Counted from the first letter of the stretch, positions 9,341 to 19,647 are shown. The stretch is 64,000 nucleotides of DNA from [Archangium] primigenium (GCF_016904885.1 NZ_JADWYI010000001.1:7113224-7177223), one strand, 5' to 3'. Numbers and translations: made by a program. Notes: generated by a model from the letters alone, not told the origin.

Positions 9341-10210
9341 ATGTCGAAAGTCCCCAAGGCCCTGCAGAAGCTCGTCGACGCGAGTGTGCAGAAAGCCGTC
9401 GCGGCCGACCGCGCCCTCCGCACCCAAACCGCCCCCGCCGACGTCTCCGGCAAGGGGGCGGCGGGCAAGATCGACATGCGCACGGCCATCGGCTTGCGGC
9501 TGAAGAGCCTGTACATGAACCACCCCCTCTTGGGCATCCAGGCGAGCGACAGCGAGAAGGCCTGGGTGAAGAAGTCCGCCAGCGCCTACGAGGGCGTGTA
9601 CGGCCAGGGCGGCTCCCTCCTGCGTGAGGAGTACAGCTCGGAGATCATCGAGTTCCTCCGGCCCGCCACTGCGCTCCTGCGTGCGGGCGCCCGGACCCAG
9701 ACGTACGTCGGACGACTCACGATCGGCCGCCTCAACGGTGGCGCCGTGGCCCAATTCGTGTCGGAGGCGCAGGCGCCCACGGTGAGCGAGGTGAAGACGA
9801 GCGCCGTCGTGCTCGGCTCTCATAAGCTCATGGGGCTCTACGAGCCGAGCAATGACTTGCTCCGCAATCCGGACATCGACAGCGCAGGCATCCTCTCGGA
9901 CGATCTGTTCGCCGCCATGGGGGTTGCCTCGGACCAGGCGGGCCTGCTTGGCGACGGCACGGGCCCCAACCCCCTGGGGCTCCTGCACCAGGTGAAGACG
10001 GCCAACAAGGTGGATGGCGTGGCCATCACCAACGCCAACCGCAACAACGTCATCCGCTTCCTCGACAGCTTCGAGCACCGCGTGAAGTCCAGCAACCTGT
10101 CGTTGGAGGGCAACAAGCCCTTCTGGACGTTCTCCAGCGGCGTGGAGATGGCGCTCAAGGGACTGACAGCGGAGATCACGTGGCTTGAGGCTGAAAGCCA
10201 CAGGCTTTGA
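9341..10210 (+). pseudogene. Major capsid protein (HK97 fold), 5' portion; ORF runs into an IS630-family insertion
   Basis: Position after protease; sequence has HK97-MCP-like character; the reading frame ends inside sequence that encodes the transposase C-terminus on the other strand. Confidence 0.55.
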
Positions 10211-11177
10211 ACCATTGGGCCGCATCCGAGGCAGAAATGAGCAGCATGGCGTCCTCGACCGCCTGACGAAGTGCTGTGACGGTGCGCGCTTCTGCCGTCC
10301 GGAGCAATCCCTTGAGCTTGGACCATGCGAATTCAATGGGGTTGAGGTCGGGTGAATACGGAGGCAGGTAGAGCACCTGGCCTCCATGCTGCTCAATGAG
10401 GGCGATGGCTTCCTTTCGAAAGTGCGCCCCCGCTCTGTCCAACAAGACGATGTCTCCAGGCCGCAGCATCGTCAGGAGATAATGGCTGACGAAATGGAGG
10501 AAGACATCCCCAGTCGTGGCTCCCTCATTCATCATGACGGTTTCCAGCCCATCGAGACTGAGCGCGCCAATCATGCTCAGCACGGTGCCTCGATTGCGAG
10601 GGACAGCTTGCGCCACGCGTTGTCCCGTCGGGGCCCAGGCTCGTTCGCGCATCATGTCGATGGTGCAGCCCGCCTCGTCGATGCTCAACACCTTGGGAGT
10701 CGGAAGCTCGGGTTGTCGTTGGTGAAAGGCCTCTCGTTGGGCTTGGACGTCGGGTCGTTCGCGTTCGGTCGGGTAGCGGACTTTTTTTGAGCGTGTAGCC
10801 CAATCGCGTCAGCGTCCGGCCGATGGTTGCCACGCTCACTCGCACGCCTGTGCGCTCCGTCCACGCTCGCGCCATCTCGGCTCGGGTCCGGTCGGGTTGT
10901 TCATCGACCAGGCGACGAAAAGCGCTCAGCTCCCCATCGCCTATTAGGTGGGTTTGCCCACCCCCGTGCGGCCGCGGAGCAGGGCTTCCCGTCTCACGAG
11001 TGAGACGCATCCAGCGTTGGACCGTGGCCCTACCCACTCCGAAGCGACGTGCCAATTGCTTGGACGTCCCCTCTCCTTGCTGGAAGGCCTCAACCACCCG
11101 TTGCCTCAAGTCCATCGAGAGTGCTGTCGTTCCCATCGCTCCCGATCAACCCCTGGGCGCCTCAGCTCATTCGATTC
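10160..11177 (-). mobile_element. IS630-family insertion sequence (copy 1) inserted in the capsid gene; boundaries approximate
   Basis: Transposase ORFs fill the interval; imperfect terminal inverted repeat around ctgacagcggagatc (left) and gattcccgctgtgac (right). Confidence 0.6.
10176..11136 (-). CDS. IS630-family transposase (HTH ORF 10525..11136 plus DDE ORF 10176..10691, joined by frameshift or disrupted)
   Basis: N-terminal HTH (RFGVGRATVQRW) and C-terminal DDE region (YLPPYSPDLNPIEFAWSKLK) typical of IS630/Tc1. Confidence 0.7.
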
Positions 11178-11473
11178 CCGCTGTGACGTTCGACTCGGGC
11201 GGCTTCGTCTACCGCGACCAGTTGGAGCAGGGCAAACTCAACGGCAAGCCCGTGTTCATCACCGAGGCCTTCGGTGACAACCACCTCGTCTTCGGGCTCG
11301 CCAACCAGATCTACTTCGGCATGGACCTCAAGGGCGGAAAGAACATCCTTCTGGAGTTGAGCCAGCCGCGCTTCGCGGAGGACGTCACCACCATCAAGGC
11401 GATCACCTACATCGACTGGAAGCTCCGGCACGACACCGCGCTGGCCTACTCCAACAACGTCACCCTCAACTGA
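11177..11473 (+). pseudogene. Major capsid protein, 3' portion downstream of the IS
   Basis: Frame 2 continues with AVTFDSGGFVYRDQ...AITYIDWKLRHDTALAYSNNVTLN, consistent with an HK97 MCP C-terminus; same frame as the 5' part. Confidence 0.45.
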
Positions 11474-11510
11474 CACGCGGTCGCGCCTCAACCCCAGACA
11501 GGAGCACCAC

Positions 11511-11948
11511 ATGCACCCGAGTTTCGTCGACGCTGGCGCCCACCTGCGCACCACCACCCTGGACGGCAAGGCGCTGGGCTACCCGCCCGCGCGCCTGTCC
11601 GCCGGCACCACCTACGGTGACAGCTTCAACGCGGTGGGCGCGAAGAGCTGTGTCCTCACCGCGAGCACCGGCACCGCCACTGGCGCGCCCACCGCGCAGA
11701 AGTGCACGGCCTCCCTCGAGTCCGCGCCCACCGGAACCTCGCCCTCCTGGGTGGCGGTGGACGGCAGTGCGGTGTTCGTGGACGGAGACAAGAAGAGCGC
11801 GCGCAGGAATGTGGACCTGACGCGCCTGCCCAGCGGCCACGCCCTGCTGCGCGTGAAGGTGGTGGCCGAGCTCACCGGCGGCACCACGCCCACCCAGGAC
11901 GTGGCCGCCGCGGTGGTGCTCGCGGGCTTCTCCACCCTGCCCGCCTGA
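11511..11948 (+). CDS. Phage structural protein with Ig-like/beta-rich character (possible head decoration)
   Basis: 145-aa Thr/Ala/Gly-rich ORF directly after the capsid gene. Confidence 0.3.
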   Translation: MHPSFVDAGAHLRTTTLDGKALGYPPARLSAGTTYGDSFNAVGAKSCVLTASTGTATGAPTAQKCTASLESAPTGTSPSWVAVDGSAVFVDGDKKSARRNVDLTRLPSGHALLRVKVVAELTGGTTPTQDVAAAVVLAGFSTLPA

Positions 11949-12038
11949 CACGCCCCGCCCGCACTACACCCCGGGGAGGTGGCCCGCGCCCCGGGCCCCT
12001 CCCCGGTTCTCGTTTTGCCTCCTTGTTTGAGGTACCCC

Positions 12039-12710
12039 ATGCCCACGGCGCTCGACTTCACCACCCTCGCCCGGGCGGCCACCCGCCTCCGGGTGTCCCC
12101 CACGGACGCGGAGTTGCCCGCGCAGCTCGCCGCCGCAAGCCAGGCACTGGCCGACTGGCTCGGCTACCCGGCCCACCTGCGCGAGGGTGTGGTGGAGACG
12201 GTGCCCAGCGAGGGCGGGCGCTGCCTGCAGCTGCGCGCCGGGGCCGTGCGGCGCGTCTCCCGCGTCACCGTCCAGGGTGTCGAGGTGCCCCCGGAGGAGT
12301 ACTTCCTCGAGTCCCCTCGCGCGGGGCGCATCACCCGGCGTCGGGGTCGCTGGCCCTTCACCGGGGACTGGGGAGGTAGCGTGGCCCCCGTGCCCCTCTC
12401 CGCGCGGGACACCGGGGAGGTGGAAGTCACCTTCGACGCGGGCTGGCTCACCCCCGGCCAGGTGGCCCTGGCCCTGGCCCTGGAGGTGGACGCCACCAGG
12501 ACCTGGGTGAGCGACGTGCCCCCCGTCCTGGAGGAGGCGACGCTGGTGGTGCTCACCGCCCTGCGCTCGGCGGCGGGGAGAGACCCCAACGTCGTCTCCC
12601 GCTCCCTGGGCGGCGGCTCGGTGAGCTGGGCGGCCCAGCGCCCCGCGGTGCCCGAGCTGGCCCAGCTGCTCGCCCGGCCCTACTACAAGCTCCTCCGGAG
12701 GGGCCCGTGA
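12039..12710 (+). CDS. Head-tail connector protein (gp6-like)
   Basis: N-terminus LDFTTLARAATRLRVSPTDAELPAQL resembles gp6-type connector N-termini; GAGG 7 nt upstream of ATG. Confidence 0.5.
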   Translation: MPTALDFTTLARAATRLRVSPTDAELPAQLAAASQALADWLGYPAHLREGVVETVPSEGGRCLQLRAGAVRRVSRVTVQGVEVPPEEYFLESPRAGRITRRRGRWPFTGDWGGSVAPVPLSARDTGEVEVTFDAGWLTPGQVALALALEVDATRTWVSDVPPVLEEATLVVLTALRSAAGRDPNVVSRSLGGGSVSWAAQRPAVPELAQLLARPYYKLLRRGP

Positions 12711-13036
12711 GTCTCTTCGGCGAGGACATGCGCGAGACGTTCCACGTGCGGCGCTTCCAGGGCATGGCGGACAACGGCCGCCGCGAGGCGTACGGCGAGC
12801 CGGAGGCGCACCCCTGCCGGTGGGAGCCCGGCGCGCGCCTGGTGCGCACGGCCGAGGGCAAGCAGCAGGTGTGCGAGGGCACGCTCTGGACTACCGCGCG
12901 CCTCACGCCCAAGGACTTGTTCTGGCTGCCGGGCAACTCGCCCGAGGACTACGGGGCCAGTCGCCGCGCGCTCAACGCCTACGAGCGCAAGGGCCTGGAG
13001 ACGGGGGAGTTCGACCACTCCGAGGTGGTGGTGTGA
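12707..13036 (+). CDS. Head closure / head-tail adaptor protein
   Basis: 109-aa ORF overlapping neighbours (ATGA), in a head-tail joining gene series. Confidence 0.35.
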   Translation: MSLFGEDMRETFHVRRFQGMADNGRREAYGEPEAHPCRWEPGARLVRTAEGKQQVCEGTLWTTARLTPKDLFWLPGNSPEDYGASRRALNAYERKGLETGEFDHSEVVV

Positions 13037-13455
13037 GCCGCCTCAAGGACGTGGAGGTGGACGTGGCGCGCCTCCTGGAGGCCGCCGGGCTGGGCAGCCT
13101 CGCGGACGGCTCGCCCACGCTCTACGCCGGGCCCTTCCCGGCCAGCGCCCCGGACAGCTTCATCGCCTGCCGCGAGTCCACGGCCGAGCAGCCGGAGAAG
13201 TACCTTGCCCGCGCGGGCACCGCGCTCCACCGCGGCCTCGTCACGGTGCTGGTGCGCCAGGCGCGCGGGCCCAACGCCTACGTGGAGGGCCGCACGCGGG
13301 CCCAGGCCGCCTGGGAGGCGCTCTTCGACAGGCACCCCGAGGGCTACGTGCACGTGGACGCCCGGGACGGCGCGCCCACCTTCCTCGGCGAGGACGAAGA
13401 CGGGCGCCCCCGGTGGAGCCTCACCGTGGACGTCCAGTACCTCTCCCGCGCGTAG
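13033..13455 (+). CDS. Neck / tail completion protein (HK97 gp10-like)
   Basis: About 140 aa, GTG start overlapping upstream stop (GTGTGA), synteny. Confidence 0.3.
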   Translation: MSRLKDVEVDVARLLEAAGLGSLADGSPTLYAGPFPASAPDSFIACRESTAEQPEKYLARAGTALHRGLVTVLVRQARGPNAYVEGRTRAQAAWEALFDRHPEGYVHVDARDGAPTFLGEDEDGRPRWSLTVDVQYLSRA

Positions 13456-13480
13456 CCGCCCCGCGCCCCTTCTCCCGGGC

Positions 13481-13918
13481 ATGGGACGCGGCGCGCGCTT
13501 CAAGGTGAAGGTGGAGGTGGACAAGCGCCTCCTGCTCTTGCTGCGCGACAACCCCGAGGTGGCGCTCAAGGCCATGGACACGCCGCTGCACGCGGCCACC
13601 CGGCGCATTCTCGACATCTCCCTCTTCCTCGTGCCCCGCGGCGGTGCGCCGGACGACCCGGTGGACCTGGCGGACACCGCCTTCCTCTCCGGGCCCCTGC
13701 ACAACCCCGAGAAGAAGAGCACCACCTGGACGTGCGGCTACGCGCACCCCGCCGCCGGCGCCATCCACCAGGGCTTCCACTGGGGCGCGGCGCTGCTCGC
13801 GCCCCCGGACTTCCTGCGCCGCGCCACCAAGGGCGTGCGCGCCGAGCTCAAGAAGCCCGTGGGCAAGGCGCTCATGGGGGCCATCGCTTCTCTCACCCCG
13901 AAAGGACACCGCCCATGA
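13481..13918 (+). CDS. Phage structural protein (tail terminator-like)
   Basis: 145 aa; preceded by conserved CCCCTTCTCCCGGGCATG motif; overlaps next gene by ATGA. Confidence 0.3.
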   Translation: MGRGARFKVKVEVDKRLLLLLRDNPEVALKAMDTPLHAATRRILDISLFLVPRGGAPDDPVDLADTAFLSGPLHNPEKKSTTWTCGYAHPAAGAIHQGFHWGAALLAPPDFLRRATKGVRAELKKPVGKALMGAIASLTPKGHRP

Positions 13919-14349
13919 GCACCCCTGACTTCGTCGAGGCCCACCTCGACGCCATCCACATCACCGGCACCAAGGCCGAGGCCCTGTCGGACGCCAACAA
14001 GCCCGCCACGCTCAAGAAGTTCGACGTCCCGGACACAACGGAGCTGCGCGAGCTCAAGTACCTGAACAACCCCCAGGGACTCACCCAGTACTCGCCGGGC
14101 TTCCGGACGATGAAGGGCACCTTGGAGATGGACCTCGAGCGCGACAGCCCGATCATCGCCCTGCTCAGGCAGCGCTACCTCGAGCGGAAGCCGGTGTTCA
14201 TCCACTGCATCGAGGACGCCGAGGCCGCCACCGGCGCCCAGGGCATCGGTTACGAGGCCGTGCTCGGCTCCTTCCCCGCCACCCGCGAGGCCGGGGCGCT
14301 CCGATCCATCAGCGTTGAGCTGGGTGTCAACGGCTTCTGGCTCATCTGA
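13915..14349 (+). CDS. Major tail (tube) protein
   Basis: 144 aa, position immediately upstream of G/GT chaperone genes; composition like siphovirus tail tube proteins. Confidence 0.45.
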   Translation: MSTPDFVEAHLDAIHITGTKAEALSDANKPATLKKFDVPDTTELRELKYLNNPQGLTQYSPGFRTMKGTLEMDLERDSPIIALLRQRYLERKPVFIHCIEDAEAATGAQGIGYEAVLGSFPATREAGALRSISVELGVNGFWLI

Positions 14350-14384
14350 CGCTTCCCCCCCCACGCCGCACCTGAAAGGCAACC

Positions 14385-14759
14385 ATGTCCAACGTCGACG
14401 AAATCAAGCAGCGCCTCCAGCAGCGCACCTGGCCCGAGTACAAGCGCGTCTCCGTGGAGGCAGAGGGCGGCCCCGTGGAGCTCGTCATCCGCCGGCCGCC
14501 GGACCGCGTGCTCGAGCGGCTCCTCACGCAGGCGCGCGAGGCGGGCCTCAACCTGGCCAAGGGCGAGGCGGACAACCCCGTGGCCGCCGTGCGCTTCCGC
14601 GCCGAGCTGGTGGCCGCGACGGTGTTCCTCCCCAACGCCGTCACCTCCCTCTTCACCCCGGAGGAGGTGCTCGACTGGCCCGGCTGCGCCGACGTCTCCG
14701 AGCACTGCATGGCCGCGCTCGCCCCCAGCAAGGGCCTGGAGCAGGCCAAGGGAAACTGA
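14385..14759 (+). CDS. Tail assembly chaperone (gpG-like)
   Basis: 124 aa; ends ...AKGN directly at a GGGAAAC slippery heptamer; located before the tape measure gene. Confidence 0.6.
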   Translation: MSNVDEIKQRLQQRTWPEYKRVSVEAEGGPVELVIRRPPDRVLERLLTQAREAGLNLAKGEADNPVAAVRFRAELVAATVFLPNAVTSLFTPEEVLDWPGCADVSEHCMAALAPSKGLEQAKGN

Positions 14760-15001
14760 CGGGCGATCCGCTCCTCGCCTTGAGGGTGCGGATCGCCCGC
14801 CAGCTCGGGTGGACGGAAGCCGAGGCCTTCGCCCAGCCCCTGGAGTACCTCTACCTCCTCGCCGCCGACGCGCAGCTGGAGAATGAGGCCGTGGAGGCCG
14901 CCGCGCCCCGGACACCACCGGGCTCGGCGCCGCGCCTGGGTGGGGGCAGCAGCGCCACCCGGGAGCGTGTCGTCTCCTACTCGCTCAAACCGCGGCGGTG
15001 A
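14385..15001 (+). CDS. Tail assembly chaperone G-T fusion produced by programmed -1 frameshift
   Basis: -1 frame is open from the slip site to 15001 (GKLTGDPLLALRVRIARQLGWTEAEAF...), mirroring lambda G/GT. Confidence 0.5.
14750..14756 (+). promoter_or_regulatory. Programmed -1 ribosomal frameshift heptamer GGGAAAC (coordinates +/-1 nt)
   Basis: X XXY YYZ heptamer in register with the G frame, immediately before its stop. Confidence 0.5.
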
Positions 15002-15108
15002 CGGCCACACGGGGCCCTGGGAGTCAATCCCTCCGAGGGCCCGGTGTCGCACCTGGTGCAGCGCGGCGCGCTGGCGGGGCCGGCGCGGGGCATGGCAGCC
15101 TCCCGGCC

Positions 15109-15400
15109 ATGACGCCCCGTCCCGTCCTCTCCGCACTCCTCGTCCTGGCGCTCACGCCGGGGTGCTCATTCTACAAGACAACCGGCCCCGCCCAGGGATG
15201 GCGCCAGGGACGGGATCCACGGTGTGAGCCCAACCGCACGCCCGCCGTCGTCGACACCGTGCTGACGGGCGTGCTGGCTGCTGCCGCCACGTTCGCGGTC
15301 GTTGACGCGAACACGGCATCAACAGCCAAAGAACGAGACACCGCCGCACAGGCGGTTCTGGGGCTCTCCCTGGGCTCGTTAACGCCGAGATCAGTTGAGC
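15109..15400 (+). pseudogene. Phage-borne lipoprotein (moron), 5' portion truncated by IS630 copy 2
   Basis: MTPRPVLSALLVLALTPGC signal/lipobox-like start; ORF runs into the IS. Confidence 0.35.
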
Positions 15401-16385
15401 TGAGGGAAGGAAAGGCAGTGGCGGAACCAGGCGGAGAGCTTCGCGAGGGAAGTTGAGGCGCGAAGCCGCCGCACGGTCTGGCGCAGGTCAGCCAAAGCGC
15501 GAGGCTCAAGGCGGCGCAGATGCCGCTTGAGGTCCGCCCACCACAGCTCGATGGGGTTGAAGTCAGGGCTGTAGGTGGGCAGGTACACCACGCAGGCGCC
15601 CACGGCCGCGATGGCCTGGCGTACGCCCCGCACCTTGTGGGCGCCCAGGTTGTCCATCAGCACGATGTCTCCGGGCCTGAGCCACGGGCAGAGCCGCTCA
15701 CGCACGAAGCTCAGGAAGACAGCACCGTTGACGGCTCCGCGGTGCGTCATCAGCTTGGGGCGGCTGTCCAGGCGGATGGCACCTATCAGGGTCAGGCTCG
15801 TCCACCAGCCGCCCGGACGCAGACCCACGGCGCGCTCACCCACGGGGGCCCAGCCGTACTCGCGCGTCATGCAGGTGTTGCAGAAGGACTCGTCCAGGAA
15901 GACGAGTCGACGGGCATCCACGAGGCACAGCAGGGCGGCGATAATCCTACGACGCCAGAGGTTGGGGGGCGCGTCACGCTCGGTGGCGACGAGGGACTTT
16001 TTTTGTGTGAGAAACCCAGCCGGTGCAGGGCGCGCTGAAGCGAGGGGCGGCTGGTGACGACGCCCGTGCGCGCCTTCAGCTCGCGGAGCAACTCCCGCAC
16101 GGTGGCCCCCGGGCGCTCGCGCACCAAGCGCTTGAGTTGCTCGGCCACCGCCCCTCGCAGAGGCGAGAAATTGCCACCCCCTCGCGGCCGGGGCGTGACG
16201 TCGCCCGTCTCCCGATGCAGCCGAAGGACTCGGCTGACCGTGGCTTGCGCTACGCCCAGCAGGTGGGCGATGCGCGCGTAGCTCATGTCCTCCTCGTGGA
16301 AGGCCCGAACAATCGCCTGCCTCAGCTTCTCCGGGGTGGCCTGACCGACGCTCATCCCCTCAGTTGGACATGACTTCTGAGGTCA
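15385..16385 (-). mobile_element. IS630-family insertion sequence (copy 2, a different family member); boundaries approximate
   Basis: Two overlapping transposase ORFs; nucleotide sequence differs from copy 1. Confidence 0.55.
15391..16355 (-). CDS. IS630-family transposase (ORFs 15867..16355 and 15391..15921)
   Basis: HTH N-terminus (IAHLLGVAQATVSRVL) and DDE C-terminus (YLPTYSPDFNPIELWWADLK). Confidence 0.7.
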
Positions 16386-16991
16386 TGTCAATCGAGCCTT
16401 GGGTTAGCTGCCGCCGGGTCAGCCACATACGGATATGTCCGCTCCCACCAGTGCTCGGTCGCACAGACGGCCTGGGCCGCTGGATCCGACGCGCGCCAAC
16501 GTGAGGCCGAGGAGAAGGCCGAGGCGGCTCGCAAGGCCGCCGAGGCGAAGGTCGAGGCGGCTCGCAGAGAGGAGGAGGCACGAACGTCGGCCGCTGCCGC
16601 TGCGGAAGCTGCGAAGGCCGAGGAGGAGGCTGCGGCGGCCCAGAGGATCATGCAAGCGCGGGCAGTACCCGTCCAGACGGCGGACCTGGTCATCGTCAAC
16701 AACCACGCCGACGCCATCTTTCGCGTCGAGGTGATCATGCCCGAATCGGACGAAACCGTTGCAGCCATTGACGAGGAGCGCGTGCAAGGACTCTCGACGC
16801 GCAACTTCAAAGGAGCCCTGGTCGCACGCCCCGGCCAGGAGGCGCTCCTGGAGTTCGGCGCAATGCACATGGGGATGTGGCACTTCCTGGGGAAGATCCC
16901 TCTCACGATCCAACCTGGAAAGACCTTCTACATCCTCTATGAGTTCGACACCGCTCGGGGTCGACTTGGGGCGCAGACGATGTGGCGCTAG
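16374..16991 (+). pseudogene. Coiled-coil plus C-terminal domain protein, 3' portion after IS630 copy 2 (possibly same gene as 15109..15400)
   Basis: Frame open from 16374 with no start codon before 16650; Ala/Glu/Lys-rich coiled coil then a globular C-terminal region; same frame as the upstream lipoprotein fragment. Confidence 0.35.
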
Positions 16992-17016
16992 CTGAATGGC
17001 GCCCCTTGTCTGATGC

Positions 17017-19647
17017 ATGTCAGGGGCCCTGAAGGTCGGTGATGTCTTCGTCGCAGTGAGCGCCTCACTGGGCGAGTTCTCCAAGAGCATGGACAGGCTC
17101 TTGAAGGATGTCGAAAAAGCAGCGGACGGGATCGCCAAGTCGATGCAGGCGGCCGCCGATGCGGTCTCCGGTTTCTCGGAGAACCTCCTCGCCGTCGCTG
17201 GTGTCGCCGCCGCCGCCGTGGCTGGCGCGGCGGAGACGAGTGAGGTGGCCCAGAAGGCCAATGACGAGTTAAAGCGGAGCATCCTTCAACTTTCTCGGGA
17301 CGTGGGGACGGCTTTCCTGCCTCTCGTCAGGGAACTCACGCGAGGCGTCCGAACGCTTACGGCCACGTGGCGCGGGCTCTCGACTGAAACCCGCGCCAGT
17401 GTCGTCGCCTTCGTGCGACACGCCGCGATTGTTGGCGCGGTCGGGATGGCGATGAGTCGTGCCCTGCTCGTCGGGAAGGCGCTGGCGGAGGGGGTAGTCG
17501 TCCTCACGAAACTCACGCGTGCGATGGGGCCCGGTGTGGTGGATAGGCTCGCAGACGTCACCAAGAGTATGGGCGCGGCGCTCGCCCGGTTCGGCGCCTT
17601 CATGCGCGTGCCTGTCGGAACCCATGTCCATGGAATTTCGTCAGGACTGGCTGCGCTCAAGAGCCAAATCCGCCAGCTCCCAGGGATGGCTTCTGACCTG
17701 CTCAAGGCGTTTCGGGGAATGGTGCCAACCCTGACGGCGCTCCTTGTCCCCGTCCTCGCGGTTGCAGCCGCCGTCGGTGCTCTTGTCCTTTTGGCGGGCT
17801 CGATCTACGGCGCATGGAACGACGCTTCCACGGGCCTCAAATCGGCCGTTGAGCAGCTTGGTGTCGCCATTGTCGAATGGGCCGAAATGCTCAGACTCAA
17901 GCTCGCCTCGGCGCTTGGATGGTTCGTCGACCACACCATCAAGGTGGCCAAAACCATTCGGGACGTCTTTGTGGCGATGTTCGATTCATTCAGAGACTTC
18001 GCCCTTGGAATGGCTACAGTGTTGTTCGAGGTTATCGCGGAAAAGATGCGGCGCATCGCGGCGGTCGCCGAAGCTGCCGCCCGTGTCGCGGGCAAGGACA
18101 CACTCGCTGACCACCTCGCAGCGGTCCAGAATCTAACCGCCACAGGCATTGCCAAGTTCGTCTCCAAGACGCTCGCCGCCACGACCGATGCGGCACGACG
18201 GGGGATGGATGAATCCGTCGAGAAGCTCGCCGAAATGAGCAACGCTGTTGTCGAGTCTGGAAAAAGCGGAGTGGGTGCGCTGAAGGAGGGGCTTGAGTTC
18301 GGCATTGGCAAGGCCTGGGATGGAACGAAGATGATGGCCGCCGATCTCACCAAGACGCTGGGCGCTGCCGAGTGGGCTACCGCTCTCAAGAATTGGCTCG
18401 GCAAGATATTGGGTGATCCGGACGAGGTCGGGGAAGTCCCCAGGCTTGAGAAAGACCCCGAGCTCGCCGGTGGACATGACTACAGTGACTTTCAGAAAGT
18501 CCGGGAGTTGGGACGCCAAGAGGTAACGCCGATCCAACGCGCACTCCGAGACATGTCTGAGGCGTACGCCAAGGCTCTTGAAGAAGCGACGCAAGCAGCG
18601 CGAGCGGAATTGGTTCATCGGGCGACTGCCGCAATGGGGGCGATCAAGGACAGCATCGATGTCTTTGCGAACGGTGTCGCAGCCACAGGGAGCACTCTTG
18701 GAGGTATTGCGGCAGCTCTTGGTGACATGCTCATTAAATCGGAGGGATTTGCCACGCTGATGGGCATGGTGACCACTGCGCTCCAACAAGCCGCCAATGT
18801 CGTTGGGGCTGTTCTGGATCCGCTTCAAGGCATTGTTGGAGCCGTGGCGTCGATCTTGGGCGGACTAATGAGCGTGTTGACGCCAGTCCTGGGTGTCGTT
18901 GTGGCGCTCGTGCAACCCCTTGCTCCAGCGTTAATTCTTCTCGGTGATGCGTTGAGCGCGTTGGCGCCGGTGTTCGAGGCGCTGGCGCGTGTCGTCACGG
19001 CGATCGCCGAGGTAGTCCTGTGGCCTCTGATGAAGGGCATTTGGTATGCACTCAAGGGGGTATCCCTCGCCATCATGGGCGTGGTGTGGGGCCTGGGAAA
19101 GGCGTGGAACGGCATCGTCTCCGCGGTGCAGTGGGTGTTCCGAAAGCTGGGGAACATCGAGATCCTCGGTGGCAAGCCGCTCGACTTCCTCAATGACTGG
19201 GCGGACAGCATGGAGTCCGCGAAAGCGCCGGTGGACGAACTCGCCGACAGCATGGCGAAGCTCCGGGACATGTCCATGGAGGAGGCTCAGGCCAAGGCCA
19301 ACGCCACGGCGGAGCAGCTCAAGAACACCCAGGCCCTGCAGAACGCCACCGAGGCCCTCACCAACGTGCCGCCGGCCTGGCGGATTGCCCAGCGACGCTA
19401 CCTCGCGCAGGATCCTCAAGCGGGCGCGAGCGGGCCCCCCATACCCGTGCAGCAGGGCCCTGCGGCTCCGGCGCCGAGCCCCGTGCAGCAGGCGCCGGCG
19501 GCGCCCGCGCCCACCCAGAGCCAGAACTTCATCCAGTTCGTCCTGTCCGGGGACATGGAGGCGTGGCTGGAGCAGGCCAAGCGCCAGAAGCGAGAGGCGG
19601 CGCTCCGCCTCGGCCGGGGCTTCGGCGGCCTGGGGTTCGGCTCATGA
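17017..19647 (+). CDS. Tail tape measure protein
   Basis: 876-aa Ala/Gly-rich helical protein after the G/GT genes; hydrophobic central segments. Confidence 0.8.
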   Translation: MSGALKVGDVFVAVSASLGEFSKSMDRLLKDVEKAADGIAKSMQAAADAVSGFSENLLAVAGVAAAAVAGAAETSEVAQKANDELKRSILQLSRDVGTAFLPLVRELTRGVRTLTATWRGLSTETRASVVAFVRHAAIVGAVGMAMSRALLVGKALAEGVVVLTKLTRAMGPGVVDRLADVTKSMGAALARFGAFMRVPVGTHVHGISSGLAALKSQIRQLPGMASDLLKAFRGMVPTLTALLVPVLAVAAAVGALVLLAGSIYGAWNDASTGLKSAVEQLGVAIVEWAEMLRLKLASALGWFVDHTIKVAKTIRDVFVAMFDSFRDFALGMATVLFEVIAEKMRRIAAVAEAAARVAGKDTLADHLAAVQNLTATGIAKFVSKTLAATTDAARRGMDESVEKLAEMSNAVVESGKSGVGALKEGLEFGIGKAWDGTKMMAADLTKTLGAAEWATALKNWLGKILGDPDEVGEVPRLEKDPELAGGHDYSDFQKVRELGRQEVTPIQRALRDMSEAYAKALEEATQAARAELVHRATAAMGAIKDSIDVFANGVAATGSTLGGIAAALGDMLIKSEGFATLMGMVTTALQQAANVVGAVLDPLQGIVGAVASILGGLMSVLTPVLGVVVALVQPLAPALILLGDALSALAPVFEALARVVTAIAEVVLWPLMKGIWYALKGVSLAIMGVVWGLGKAWNGIVSAVQWVFRKLGNIEILGGKPLDFLNDWADSMESAKAPVDELADSMAKLRDMSMEEAQAKANATAEQLKNTQALQNATEALTNVPPAWRIAQRRYLAQDPQAGASGPPIPVQQGPAAPAPSPVQQAPAAPAPTQSQNFIQFVLSGDMEAWLEQAKRQKREAALRLGRGFGGLGFGS

